Part shown: piece by piece, positions 25,496 to 38,524 of the stretch
How the letters are laid out: every line of letters begins with the position of its first letter
Position numbering within the stretch: the first letter of the stretch is position 1
Assembly: GCF_018350175.1 (NCBI RefSeq)
Contig: NC_058368.1
Span: forward strand, 135,162,001-135,226,000
DNA length: 64,000 nt
Origin: Felis catus
Taxonomy: Eukaryota
Direction of reading: 5' to 3'
Program-made: the position numbers and the translations under genes
Notes under the pieces: generated by a model
What the model saw: only the letters and a program-made list of their open reading frames with translations
Told to the model about the DNA's origin: nothing
Databases searched by the model: none

Positions 25496-28400
25496 AAGAG
25501 AAATATTTCAGTGGATAAACTGGGACAATAAATAATGATAAAGGAGTCAATTCTCCACAAAGACATAACAATCCTAAATCTGAATCTACCTAGGAACAGG
25601 ATTTTAAATGAAAGGATAAGTACACAAATCCACAGTGATGTCTGAAGTTTCACCCCTTGTCTTTCAATCATCGATAGGGAAAATGAACAGAAAATAAGAT
25701 ATAGAACACCTAGCAACATAATCAACACACTTTACCAGCCATTTACAGATACTCCAACCAACAACAGCAGAATACACATCCTTCTCAAGTGCACATGAAT
25801 ATTCATCAAGATAGACCATATTCTGTGCCATAAAACAAACCTTAACAAATCCAAAAGAATAGAAATTACATCACATATATTTTGAACAAAGCAAGATTAG
25901 CTAGAAATCAAAAACAGAATGGTATCTGGAAAATTCACAAATATTTAGAAATTAAATAACATACTTCTAAATAACACATGAGTCAAACAACTCTCAAGAG
26001 AAAATTTTAAATATTCTGAATCCAATGAAGGGAAAATACAACATCAAAATTTAAAAAAATTAAACATACACCTATCATACATTCCAGCTTTTCCATTCAG
26101 GTTAATACAAATAACGATGAGAAAAGGAAAAAAAAAAAAAGTAAGAAAACTGCATCCATGCAATAATTTTTACATGAATGTTCTTAAAATCTGTATTTGT
26201 AATTGCCCAAAATTGCAAACAACCCAAATGTCTACTAACAGGGGGATAAATTTTGTTATATCCATACAATGTAATACTTGCATAAACAAATTTTGTTGTA
26301 TTCATATAATGTAATACTGCCTGGAATAGAATGGAATAAACGATTAATGCATACAACAATATGGGTGAATTTCAAAAGTCTTATGCCGTGGGAAATAAGC
26401 CGGGCAAAACAGAATTCATATTATACAACTCTGTTTATATAAGATTCTAGAAAACACTAACCAATCTATGACACAACAGAGATTATCTGGAGATAGGATG
26501 TGGAGTGTGGAAGGGAAAGAGGAAGGGATTATAAAAGGACCCAAACTTCTAGGGATAATGGCTATGTTTACTATCACAATTATAATGATAGTTTCATAAG
26601 TATATAAATATGTCAAAATTCATCAAAATTGTGCACTTTTAAATACATGCAGTTGTTCTATTTCAACCTTGACAAAGCAGTTAAAAATAAAAATTAGCCA
26701 GGGAAATCCATGTGACCTTGTTCAATTTTAGTTGACTTTAACTAGATACCCTGCTCAACTTGAGATCTAAACGTAAGCAACTTCCATCCTCCACTCTATC
26801 CCTTCCTAGCATATGTAAAAATAAATAACAGGGGGGTTAACAGGAGCCTGAATTTCATAAAATTTTGTTTGTATGCCTAGAGTTTAAATTGATGTTATCA
26901 GCTTCAAAAAAATTCTATAGAGAAAAGCCTTAAAGATAAATATAATTCAAAAGAGTAACTATCATCCCTAACCTTGACATTTAGCATCTCTCAGCCTATT
27001 CCCTGCTTCTCCCTCTGGACCATAATTACCAGCAATGGCATCAAGTTTTCTCTTTTCCATTATGTCGTAGGGTCTTTTTTTTTTTTTTTATAAAATTGTC
27101 CAATCTACTATTAAGATGCTGTGTTACTTCATGATTAAGTGGTTTTCACTTTTTATTCAGAATAAAAAGCTCAGATTGGGCAGTTTTATCACTGCCTATC
27201 CCACATCGAGGGAAAAATCATCTCATATTTGGCAGCAAGAATAGCTAGTAACCCGTTTTAATGCCACAACAGGCCTTGCCTGCTAGGGGGCACACCCCTG
27301 CTTTAGGGGTGCTTAGGCTGCAAGAAACCCATGCAGAACTCTGACTCACTCAAATAAAACCATGAACGAGGTCATGAAAATCTAGAGCAAAATGTATAAT
27401 GTTGCAGCCCATCCACATCTGTTCAATCACATTAGCATTCATGACCAATATATTAAACTGAATACCCTAATGATATTTGCCATTCCTGGTTTTGAGTTGA
27501 TTTCCTCAAAGTATTAGCATTTTGTTTTTTCTGATTTTAGAAATTATTAAGAACTGTTCTCTACTTAACTAGCGACAAGGTTATGGATGCTTCCTCCCAA
27601 CACAAAGCAGCCCCTGTGGCCCTCCGCCCTTTGGAAATTCAGTTGCAAAGAAAATAATGCTTTTCAAGCTTAGCGATGGAGTTCAGGCCTCCTGAGCATT
27701 TGAGCACTACAACCCCACCTTTCACACAGAAGAACCCTTGGGGCCCTCATGCTCTTTAGCTCTCACTGTTGGATGGCCAAAGAAATAGTTTGTGGTCAGT
27801 GGTCACACAATAATCCTTGACAAGTGGCTACAGCCATTTGGAATCTCAAGTCTCAAAGGCGCATTTCCTCTCTTTTGTTTATTGTTACTGCCTGAGCTTC
27901 ATCCCAGGGTTTGTTGTAGCTATTGTTATTTTTTAAAGCGGCAGGAAGTTGCCATTGTCTGTTTTGGGTTGAGTTTCTCTGGCCTGCTCTTTCAGTGTCC
28001 ACGTTATTAACAGCACCAGGAAAACACTGTTTGTATTTATCCTCTCCTAAATGTCAGCTTTCCCTGGACCTTGGCTGCTTGGGTTAAGTGGAATTTTCCA
28101 GTACAAACGTCCCCCAGTTTCTCATTCTTGATTTGGCAGCTAATTGACCTGTCATCCTTCATTCTGCATAAGTTATTTACAATGTCTGGAACATTTCTGA
28201 AAAGTAAAATAATGAGGCCTAAAGTCAACACATTTTAAAAGAAATTTTAAGCTGTCCTCTACACTTTCCCAAAAAGGTAGCATTGAAGTGATGTGATGGC
28301 AAGCTGTGTTTCCACCCTTCTTAAATAAAGAATCCCTTTGGATGGGAGTCCTGGCCACAGAAACTGAGGAATCTTCTTCAAAATGCCCCCTTGGGTTCTC

Positions 28401-28624
28401 CTGTATGCTTTTCTTATTGGTATTAATAGAATCAACCACAGAATCCTTGCTTCACATTTTATTAGGCATTTATACAATTCTGATTTGAAATTTGCTTCAT
28501 AATATATTTGGCCAATTACTTCACAACTATCACTCTGCTGACATTGTACAACTGCCTTACCAGCCTTGGGATGCCTATTTCCAGGATCCTTTTATGAGAG
28601 AAATAAATTTTCATCATAGTCTCT

Positions 28625-29035
28625 ATATTAACATGTCTTAATCCCTGGCCCTAATCTCTGGAACTTGTGAATGTTACCTTGAGTGACGAAGTTTCTGCAG
28701 GTGTGCTTAAATCAAGCATCTTGAGGTGACAAGATGACTCTGGGTTATCTTGGTGGATATTAAGTGCCATCCCAAGTGTTTAAAAAAGAAAGGCAGAGGA
28801 AGAACAGACACACAGAGGAGAAGGCAACTGAGGACAGAGGCAGAGATGGCAGTGATGTGGCCACAAGCCAAGGAATGCTGGAAGCCACCAGAAGCTCGGA
28901 GATAAGGCATGGATATGGCCTGGAGCCTCAGGAAGCAATGTAGCCATGCTGACACTTCAGTTTCTGTCCAGAAAGACTGATTCCAGACTTCTGGCCTCCA
29001 TGACTATGAGAAAATAAATTTCTGCTGTTGCAAGC
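28625..29035 (+). mobile_element. MaLR solo LTR (MLT1D-like)
   Basis: CCTAATC.CTGGAAC.TGTGAATGTTACCTT...GATGTGGCCACAAGCCAAGGAATGC..G.AGCCACCAGAAGCT...GACTTCTGGCCTCCA...GAGAAAATAAATTTCTG. Confidence 0.85.
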
Positions 29036-30129
29036 CAAAAAAAAGAAAGCAAAACTTAAGGACTATCAGAGCAGGAGACACCTTTGGGCTTTTCTGAAAT
29101 CTCCACTTCTTGCTAGGGATTCATTAACTAGCAGAATCATTTGCTCACATATGTCTCAGACTGAAATGGAGTCCCAGGTACTTGTAGAATCAGTGACCTC
29201 ACCGTATTTCTCTACCCCTGAAATAAGAAGGAAATGCAGTTTGGCCATCCCTGAGGACAGGGCCAAGAAGACATTTGTTAAGGGAGGCTACTCTGGGGGA
29301 TATTATCAGACATAGAGATAACTCACATCCCTAACTTCCTTTTCCCTTCTGAACCACAAATCATCAGATCTGTATTTTATTAATTTATCTAAAGTTTTCT
29401 TGACCCTGTTTATATTTTCAGTCTGCACAAACTCCTGAGTTAATGAATCTGGGAACCGCTGCATAAGAGGTTTGATTGTGTCACCTGTCGGAAAATAGAA
29501 GTGGAGTGAAGGGGAGTCATTCGGGCAGAGTCACTGTGCCAGAAGCCAGACCAAAAAGCTCCCTGGGCCTACCTGTGTACGCATGCCCCTCCTGTGATTA
29601 CAGAACAGCTCATCGTGCCCAGCCATGGTGGGCAGAAGAAAACATACAGCTAGCACCCTCCCAGCTGTATTTTCCATCATAATTTAGAATTCACACTAAA
29701 GCTAGAGCTAATATGCTCAGCTGGGCTCTGCAGTCCCTTAACCTTTCTTTTGGTAGAAAGGATATTGACATCTTTCTTGAAAAAATATTTACTACTACCT
29801 GTGAAGCTGCTTTGTGCTACTTGGTGTTCAGAGTAAATAAAACAGGTGTGGTTCTTACCACTTGGGGGATTCAGTGGGTAAAAGCAGCAGAAATAGGCAG
29901 ACAAACAAAAAGAAGTTTACAATAGATATAGGAGATGGGATAACTATACAAACATATCAATACATTAAGAAGAGGATTAAATATTTACAATATATTCCAG
30001 AGCTACCCTGCCTTACAAGTGCTACAGTTAAATGGATGGAGAGATGGGTGGATAGATGGAGGGTGGATAGATAGATAGTCTCAGGAACTAGGAGAAAACC
30101 TAGAGAAAGTCTATGACTTTCTTGTTCTT

Positions 30130-30162
30130 TTTTTTTTTAAGCTTATTTATTTATTTTGATAG

Positions 30163-30210
<48 letters not shown>

Positions 30211-30381
30211 CGCGCGCGTGCAGGGGAGGGGGGAGAGAGAGAGAGAGAGAGAGAAAATCCCAAGCAGTCTCTGTGCTGTCAGGGCAGAGCCTGACACAGG
30301 GCCCTATCCTGGGAACCCTGAGATCATGACTGGAGTCAAAACCAAGAGTTAGCTCAACTGACTAAGCCACCCAGGTGCCCC
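30130..30381 (-). mobile_element. CanSINE carrying a (TG)n(CG)n tract
   Basis: Ends CTAAGCCACCCAGGTGCCCC; flanking CTTGTTCTT duplication. Confidence 0.92.
30165..30222. repeat. Compound microsatellite (TG)19(CG)8TGCA
   Basis: Directly visible 58-bp alternating purine-pyrimidine run. Confidence 0.97.
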
Positions 30382-31554
30382 AACTTGCTTGTTCTTAATC
30401 TGGTACTACCAGTGAAGAGATAGACAGTCCTCAGTAGATTTGCTACAAGAGGAAAGCTCCTATTGGGACACATTTTTAAGAGAGTTAGTCTGATATAGAG
30501 AAATAGGCAAAATACATCAAAAATAACTGCAATAAAAATAGAAAAGATGGAGGGAATAAGTTTGGAGTGGGTGTGTGTGAGAGAGAGGAGAAGACCAGGA
30601 GGAAGGATTTGAGGGAAGAGGTTTCTGGTAAAGATCTTGTGTACTCAGTACAGTGTGGGCATTGGGAGCTTTCAAAGTTCTCCAGGTGATGCTAACATGC
30701 AGTCAAGTTGGAGAATCACTGACCCATATCACCGTACAAATGGCCATCAGAGTAAACTTTCAATTATTCTCATTTTATTGTTTCTTATAAAAGATATCAC
30801 ATTCTTTCCTTACCAATCATTGTTACATGCCATCCTTTCATTTATTCTTTTAACAAATGACCTGTAATAGCCATAGGTAATTATTTTACTGCCCTAAGTC
30901 TTGGCCTTTAACTTGTAAGATGAAAATACTACTATCTACTTGTAGCTTTGCCTAAAAGATTAAATGAGGCAACATTTAGAAAGCATTTAGCACAGCGCTT
31001 GGCACATAGAAAATACAAAGAAACAGTGGCAATTGCTAGTAATAACTCCCCTTATTCTCCCACAGATGATTTGCTAACTATACACTCTACCACCGAAAGC
31101 ATCAGGCTAACCACTTCTGTATCTTTGTTCATGTTGTCCTTTTCCCAGAATATAGGCTCCATTTTTCTCAGTCTAAGCCCTGCCTATCTGAAGTTCTACC
31201 TCCTTGAGATCTGTTTAGGTGATCTCCACATATACTTTGCCCTAAACAATCCCTCCGTCTTTTGGCCTTCCTAATGACATTTTTGTCCTCATTCTTAGGT
31301 GGTCCTGAACTGTCTCTTCACTTTACTATGCATGTTAAACATTGTCTCTGCAGTTATCCTGTAAATCCCTTGAAATCAGTATTGGGTTGGGCCATCATTG
31401 CACATCTGTGGCCGCGCGGGCAGAGCCCATTTACTGTGTCGAATTGAATTACCATTTGCATCCAAGAAACACCCAGTAGATGGCAAACTCCATGAGAACA
31501 GAGACCCTGTGTGGGGGATTCAGCTAAATCACCCCAGGACTAGCCAGGTGCTTG

Positions 31555-31908
31555 GATATGCTAGGGCTGCCATAATCAAATAGCAAGTATTGGGTGACTT
31601 AAACCACAGATTTACTTTCTACATTTCTAAAGGCTAGAAGTCTGAGATCAAGGTGTTGGTAGAGGTGGTTTCTTCCGAGACTTCCATCTTTAGTTTTGAG
31701 GTAGGATTCTCTGCATATGTGTCTTAATCCCCTCTTTTTATAAGGACACTAGGCATATTGGAGTAGGGCCCGCCCTAATGGCCTCATTTTCACTTAATTA
31801 CCCTCTTTAAAGATCTTGTCTCCAAATAGAGTCACGTTCTGAGGCACTGGGAGTTAGGACTTCAATATATGAGTAGGTGAAGGAGGCACACAATTCAGCC
31901 CATAACAG
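31555..31908 (-). mobile_element. MaLR solo LTR (MLT1A0/B-like) inserted in an L2 3' end
   Basis: CTAGGGCTGCCATAA...AGGCTAGAAGTCTGAGATCAAGGTGTTGG...TTATAAGGACAC...TCTCCAAATA.AGTCAC.TTCTGAGG...CACAATTCAGCCCATAACA. Confidence 0.85.
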
Positions 31909-31931
31909 TGCTCAGTAATATTTTGGGTTTT

Positions 31932-32151
31932 TTTTTTTAATTTTTTTTTCAACGTTTTTTATTTTTGGGACAGAGAGAGACAGAGCATGAACAGGGGAAG
32001 GGCAGAGAGAGAGGGAGACACAGAATCGGAAACAGGCTCCAGGCTCCGAGCCATCAGCCCAGAGCCTGACATGGGGCTCGAACTCACGGACCGCGAGATG
32101 GTGACCTGGCTGAAGTCGGACGCTTAACCGACTGCGCCACCCAGGCGCCCC
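31932..32151 (-). mobile_element. Young SINEC_Fc copy nested at the tail of an older SINE
   Basis: TSD AATATTTTGGGTTTTT on both sides; reverse of the GGCGCAG/TTCAGCCAGG variant. Confidence 0.96.
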
Positions 32152-32167
32152 AATATTTTGGGTTTTT

Positions 32168-32320
32168 AAAAAATTTTTTAGATGTTTATTTATTTCGGGC
32201 AGGGGGAAGAGCATGAGTAGGGGAGGGGCAGAGAGAGAGAGGGAGAGTGAGAATCCTAAGCAAGCTCTGTGCTGCCAGTGCAGAGCCCAACTCAGAGACC
32301 TGAGCCGAAATCAAGAGTCC
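32168..32320 (-). mobile_element. Older, truncated/deleted CanSINE
   Basis: GAGAATCCTAAGCAAGCTCTGTGCTG...ACCTGAGCCGAAATCAAGAG; outer duplication CTCAGTAATATTT at 31911 and 32321. Confidence 0.85.
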
Positions 32321-34169
32321 CTCAGTAATATTTCTTGAATGAATGAATGGCATCTGGTTCAGCATAACCTATTATGTTCCTATCTTAGGTGGTTGTGGTA
32401 GGAAGACGAGGAAGCTATAATTTTTGCCTGAAGTGTCTTACCAGTCTGATGGAAGAAACCATCATGCACAATTTCAATAAATTGAAAATAAACTAAGTTA
32501 AAAGTACACATAGGGGGATACGTGAGACAGAAGAGAAGCATCTAGCCCTGGAGGGGTTTCCAGGAGGGCTCCCTTAAGGTGATAATTTCTGAAGTGAGTT
32601 TTAAAAGACAAATGAGGACCTTATAGGAAGGAAAGACAAGAAGGAATTGATTTTAGCATAAGATGATTACACTGTCTACAGAGTGGTAGATGGATTTAAG
32701 GCAGGGGCAGTATTAGAGACATGCAGAAGAATAAAGAGATGATTACAGTAGCTCAGGTGAGAGATGAAGAGTGGCCAGTGGTAGTCAGGGCATGGAAAAC
32801 AGCAGATGTGAGAAATATTCCAAGGGTAAAATCCACAGGCTTTTTAGGTTGGCTGAATATGGAGGTGATGGAGAAGCCGAGGTATAGGAAAGCTCAAAGG
32901 GAAGGTGACGTGTTGAAGAACATGTGTCCATGTTTTAAAACCACCACAATCAGCAACACAGGCGACTCGTGAGAAATGGAAATTCTTAGAGTCCACCCTA
33001 GATCCCCGAGTCAGAGTATCTCGCAATCTCGCTGTGCGCCCCAGGAACCTGTTTTAACAAGCCCTCCAGGCAATTCTGACACCTGCTAAAAGGCGAAACT
33101 CTGAGGATAAGAAACATTTTCTTTGTATCCAGGAAAAAAAATTATCTCACCTTTGTTTCTTTCTAATAACTCTCATTGAATTATTCATGCCCTAGTGTTT
33201 GCTGAATATCCCAAAACCAATTAGTTGAGGGAAGGGAGAAATTGTGAGGGTGATTTGGATTGTCTCTATGTGTGTGTGTTGGGAAAAGGGGGGTGGGAAA
33301 ATGCCTAAATACAAATGATCTCTATGCCTCAAAAGATTTTCTGAAATCTGATGTTTCTCATTTATACACTCAAATTTAATATATGACCTAGTTTGGGGAA
33401 AATATTTTGTAGTAAGAGAACCAATCAAAAGGAAATATAAGCACATCAGAGAAAAAAGTTCCAATTTGGGGAGCAAGATTTGGAAAGCACAGTTTTATTT
33501 TGACTGCCCAATACATTACTCATGCCTAGTAAAAGAAAGGATGCATTAAAATAATTGCTCGATATCTCAATAGATGTTTTAGTGGAACCCCACGGTGGAA
33601 TCAATAATGGTGACCCCAATGCAATGACCTTTGGAGTTCACAATTCTGCTGTCTCACAGGTTATTTCCAATTGACTTAATAGGAAATGTTCAGGTGCAAA
33701 ACCAAATGGTTCAATTCCTGGAAAATCATTAGTAGTTAAGTAATTAAACAATCATTCACTTATTAACTTTTCCAGGTACTCTGGTCACACTTGACATCAC
33801 CAATATTGCTTGGTAATTATATAAATTATTCCTTTTCCCCATTTAGTAGTTATCCAAAAATATATTTTCATGAAGATAACAGACCGGGACATAACCTTCA
33901 AAGCATGGCAGTTGGGGAGGGGGGGGGTGAATCTAGGGTGCTAAGTTCTCCCAAGAATGACTGCTAATTCAGAACATATACTGTGAGCAAGCAGAATGGA
34001 GTGGTGGAAACAACAAGGATTTGTTTCATGTATTACTTGAAATTTCAACAAGCATGAACATTTAATAAGTATAAATAATAAAGTTGTCTTTTAAAAGTAC
34101 AATTTAAAAAGAAAGAAAAGATCTGGGTGAAGAAAAAAGCAAAGGTGTCAAAGTCAAAATGTTTTGGTT

Positions 34170-34550
34170 CAATTCCTGATTCTGCAGCCTGTTAGTTATG
34201 TGATCTTGGGCATGCTTCTTAGCCACTCTAGGCTTCAGTGTTCTCATCTTTAAAATAGAAATGCTTACCTCAAACACTTGCTGACACATTAAAAGAGCTA
34301 ATATATGTAAAGCACTTAGCGCCATGCCTGTCAAGATGAATACTGAATAATACTAGCTTTGGAAGCATCTCAGATCAGAGTTCAAATCCCAGTTCTTCTA
34401 CTTACTAGCTCTATGCCCTTGGACCAGACATTTCACCCCTGTAAGCCTGTTTGTTGGTTAGTTTTTAAGATACGAAAAATGAGGACAAGATTATCTATCA
34501 TGTAAGACATTGGAGGATACTGAGTAGACACTTAACAAATGATGGCTATT
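34170..34550 (+). mobile_element. Two MIR fragments
   Basis: GGTTCAATTCCTG...TGTGATCTTGGGCA...CAGT.TTCTCATCT.TAAAATAG; GAGTTCAAATCCCAGTTCT.C.ACTTACTAGCT. Confidence 0.7.
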
Positions 34551-35466
34551 ATACACTAGCTCTTCAGCATGGATTTTATCTTCTATGTCAGTTTGCTTCC
34601 ATTCTCTCTGTTACTTAGGCTCAGTTCAGTCCTTGGTACTGCCCACACTGGGACTGGCAGAGGACCTTCTTCACAAAGAAGAGACGGTTTTCTTCATTTT
34701 GTGTGTTTGTGGAAAGGCCATCTTACATATGTCTGCTTTTAGACCTTCAGGAACCACCGCATGGGGACCCCATAATTGGCGGGGGAAGAGGGCAGAAATA
34801 TCTCAGACATATTTTCTTGATGTTTTTGCATTTTTGCCGACACAGCCTCTGTCTTGTTAGAATGAATTCTTAGCCATTTGGCCTTCGTTGAAGCCTCAGA
34901 TTCAGCCGGGCACAAGCAATGAGTCAATATAGTCAGAAATGGATGAAAAGAATGTCATAAAAATACAAAACCACAGAAGGTGATTTGATATAACTACATT
35001 ATTTTGTTGTTGTTTTACCTCTCCACGACAAAAACACAACATGAAAAACAAAATGTCAAATGATACACGGAAAAAGTATCTGCAATAAGTATAGCAAAGT
35101 GGTAGTGTCCTTAATATACAAAGAACACTCGTAAATCATTAATATGAAAAAGATTAGTATCCCAATAGGACAAAAAAAAGAATGGGCAAAGGATAGGAAT
35201 AGAATGTTCACAAAAGAAGACATACAAAGAATGAATAAATGGATGAAAAATTATTGAACTAGTAACAACTAAAAGTAAATGAAAACTGAAATGTAAACAA
35301 GTTGAAAAAAAAAATCCTGAAATTTCTTTAGGTGATCAAAGGATTTGTAAGTTGAGAATTCCTAGTGTAGATAGGGTATAGGAAAACGGTACTTTACAAA
35401 GTGTTGATGGAACTTCTCAGAAGGGCAATGTGTATCTGGTAGCACATATCAAAAGTTTTATGTATA

Positions 35467-35818
35467 GGGGCACCTGGGTGGCTCAGTCAGTTAAGCATTC
35501 GACTTCTGATTTCTCCTCAGGTCATGATCTCATGGTTCCTGAGATCAGGCCCTGCATCAGGCTCTGCACTGACAATGAGGAGCCTGTTTAGAATTCTCTC
35601 TCCCTCTCTCTCCGCCCCTATTCCCCTCTCAAAATAAATAAACATTAAAACTAAAAGTTTAGGGGAGTCTGATGGCTCAGTTGGTTAAGTGTCCAACTTT
35701 GGCTCAGGTCATGATCTCGTGGTCTATGGGTATAAGCACCACGTTGGGCTCTGTGCTGACAGCTCAGAGTCTGGAGCCTGCTTCGGATTCTGTGTCTCCC
35801 TCTCTCTCTGCTCCTTCC

Positions 35819-35868
<50 letters not shown>

Positions 35869-36187
35869 GTCTCAAAAATAAACATTAAAGGGGCACCTGG
35901 GTGGCTCAGTCGGTTAAGCGGCCGACTTCAGCTCAGGTCATGATCTCACGGTCTGTGAGTTCGAGCCCCGTGTCGGGCTCTGTGCTGACAGCTCAGAGCC
36001 TGGAGCCCGTTTCAGATTCTGTGTCTCCCTCTCTCTCTGACCCTCCCCCTGTTCATGCTCTGTCTCTCTCTGTCTCAAAAATAAATAAATGTTTAAAAAA
36101 AATTTTTTTAATAATAAACATTAAAATAAATGAATATTTAAATAAATATTTAAATATTTAAAATAAATAAATAAATATTTAAAAAAA
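35467..36187 (+). mobile_element. Head-to-tail cluster of three CanSINEs (35467-35650, 35662-35889, 35890-36112) inside an old L1 3' fragment
   Basis: Three GGGG..CTG.(G/A)TGGCTCAG heads; the third is flanked by AATAAACATTAAA duplicates. Confidence 0.95.
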
Positions 36188-38285
36188 TAAAAGTTTAATG
36201 TGTATAACATTTGATCTACCAATCCCACTTTTAGGAATTTATCCTAAGATAAATGGTCAAGATGTATGTTAAGAATGTTTGTTCCATAACTGTTCATAAT
36301 AGAAAAAACTTGCAAACACTCAAAATCTATTCATGTGATTAGTTAACAATAAAAAATGGATCAGTGATTTTTTTCATAAGAGAAAAAACACGTCCATTAC
36401 CTATATTGTGCCTCTATTGACATGATTATCTGTCCCCAGCATAGGAGAATAGGGTAGCAGAGAAACAAGCTTGTGCAAAGGCCCTCTAAAGGGAGAGGCT
36501 TCTAGCCCACATGAGGTTTTGTCATCAGCTCTATCTTTCTAGACTCCACGCTAAGTTAAAACTGGGAGTGGAACTCCTCCGGGCAGGGCCCCTATCAGTC
36601 TTGTTTACTGCCGTATCCCAAATGCCCCAGCACAGTAGATGGTTGCTAAACTGAATTGCATGACATTTCTATAAAAGTGTGTCAGTGAGGGTACACAGAA
36701 GGGTAGGTGGAAGGATGCTTGCCAAATGTTAACAGCGGTGAGCTCTAGGTTGAAGGATTTGAGGTAATGCTTACCTTCTCGCTTATACTTTCATGTATTA
36801 TTTGAAATTTTAATGATACGCATGAGCCAGTTACATAATTAGAAGTAGCGAATCACGTTATTGTCATCTAAAAACCCCAAAACCAAAAAAAGATCTGGAT
36901 GGGGAAAGAAGCACACCGCTGGCCATTGGACTTGGATGCAAGCAGGGTGCTTCGGGCAGCCGCAGCTCACTGTCGGCAGCTGCAAAGGCAGGTGGCATAA
37001 TCCAGGGGTCGGCAAATGTGTTTGTCGGGAGCTCAAAGAGGAGCTTCGCCAGCACCAGGGTTGCAGGCCCACTGCCCTTGCTCCCCTTCTTCCATCACAT
37101 GGCAGCAGCTACCACTCATCCTTTAATGCCTGACTCAAGTCTCACCTTCCCTGGAAACAACCCCAGTTCTGGCACCTCCGTTCTCGGGCTATAAATGATC
37201 CATTTACTTGCACGTCTTATCCATTCATGTGAGCTCCTGCAAAGCAGGAAGCATGTTTTATTCATCTGCTATTTTCAGGTCTAGCATCATCCGATACATA
37301 GCAAAAGCTCAACAAATGCTTGTCTACAAACCAGCAGACAGTAGCTGATGTCCCCTGGGCTTCGCGATACACCTATTACTGTGCCCCAAGAAATCTCCCA
37401 CATCCCCAAGTTTTCCTGCAGCTGGCTTGGCCTGGCCCCCCAACTGTGCGGGGCCTTCAGTAGATACCCATTCACATGGGGGCATCCAGGTCTGAGGGAT
37501 GGAGATAGTGTACCTCCCAAATATCATGAAGGTTTCTGGATGCTGCCTTTCTGTGTCTTCTGACTGCCTTTTACCCTCCTGTGTTCAAATAAAAATGAGA
37601 GAAGAGATCAGTTTAAAGTCATGTGTCCAGGCACCAAAGCTTTCCGAAGGAAGAGACACGTATTCCTCCAATGCATAATTTACCCGGAGGTGGAGAATAC
37701 AAAGGATCTTTCATCACACCGATTCTCACCACCATGTAGGCACAACCTCACACATCAAAGGGCTCTGGGCAGCCCAGCAGTTATATAGTCTTCCTCTGAA
37801 CCCCTTAGCCATGGGCCCCCACATGCATTTATGCCAAGCAAACACTGGGCAGCCAAAGGTATACAAATGTCACCTGAACAAAGAAATAATGAAAACTGGG
37901 AAGTTATGTTGCCGACAGATTGGCAACGTTTTTATCTGATTTTGTGAGGTTTCTCTCTCAGGTTAAGCAGGAATGCAAACACTAAGCTGTTCCACCTGAG
38001 CTGAGCTTTTTAAATGTTGCTGCCTTGGAATCAGAACTGTGAGAAATGATAATGTTTCCATTAACAACAAGAAACGGTGTTAGAACAGTGTCTTTCCTGC
38101 ACTTCAAAAAAGCCTGACAGGGTTCAGAGGGGACGCTCTCAAGAAGTTTATGGGTGAACATTCAGCTTCCTGTTCATTCTCTTCCATGCATAACAGTGCT
38201 TTTACTTCTAGGAATACATTTTACAGAAATAATCCAAAATATGGGAAAGGGAGTCTTGCATTATTTATATAAGAAAGAAGGGAGG

Positions 38286-38524
38286 GGGGCGCCTGGGTGG
38301 CGCAGTCGGTTGAGCGTCCGACTTCAGCCAGGTCACGATCTCGCGGTCCGTGAGTTCGAGCCCCGCGTCGGGCTCTGGGCTGATGGCTCGGAGCCTGGAG
38401 CCTGTTTCCGATTCTGTGTCTTCCCCTTTCTCTGCCCCTCCCCCGTTCATGCTCTGTCTCTCTCTGTCCCAAAAATAAATAAACGTTAAAAAAAAATTTT
38501 TTTTTTAAAATAAAAAAAAAAAAA
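38286..38524 (+). mobile_element. Young SINEC_Fc copy with TSD
   Basis: Many CpGs intact; TSD AAGAAAGAAGGGAGG at 38271-38285 and 38525-38539. Confidence 0.97.

Larger units (their letters stand above)
20230..26690 (+). mobile_element. Ancient fragmented L1 (L1M-type) spanning 5' region, ORF1, EN and 3' end, riddled with younger insertions
   Basis: ORF1 remnant 21516-21764 (QIQEAQRT...KKKILKAA); EN-like remnants ~23480-24050 and 25020-26040 (CTTCTCAAGTGCACATG..ATTCATCAAGATAGACCATAT); L1M 3' UTR end ~26400-26690. Confidence 0.8.
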
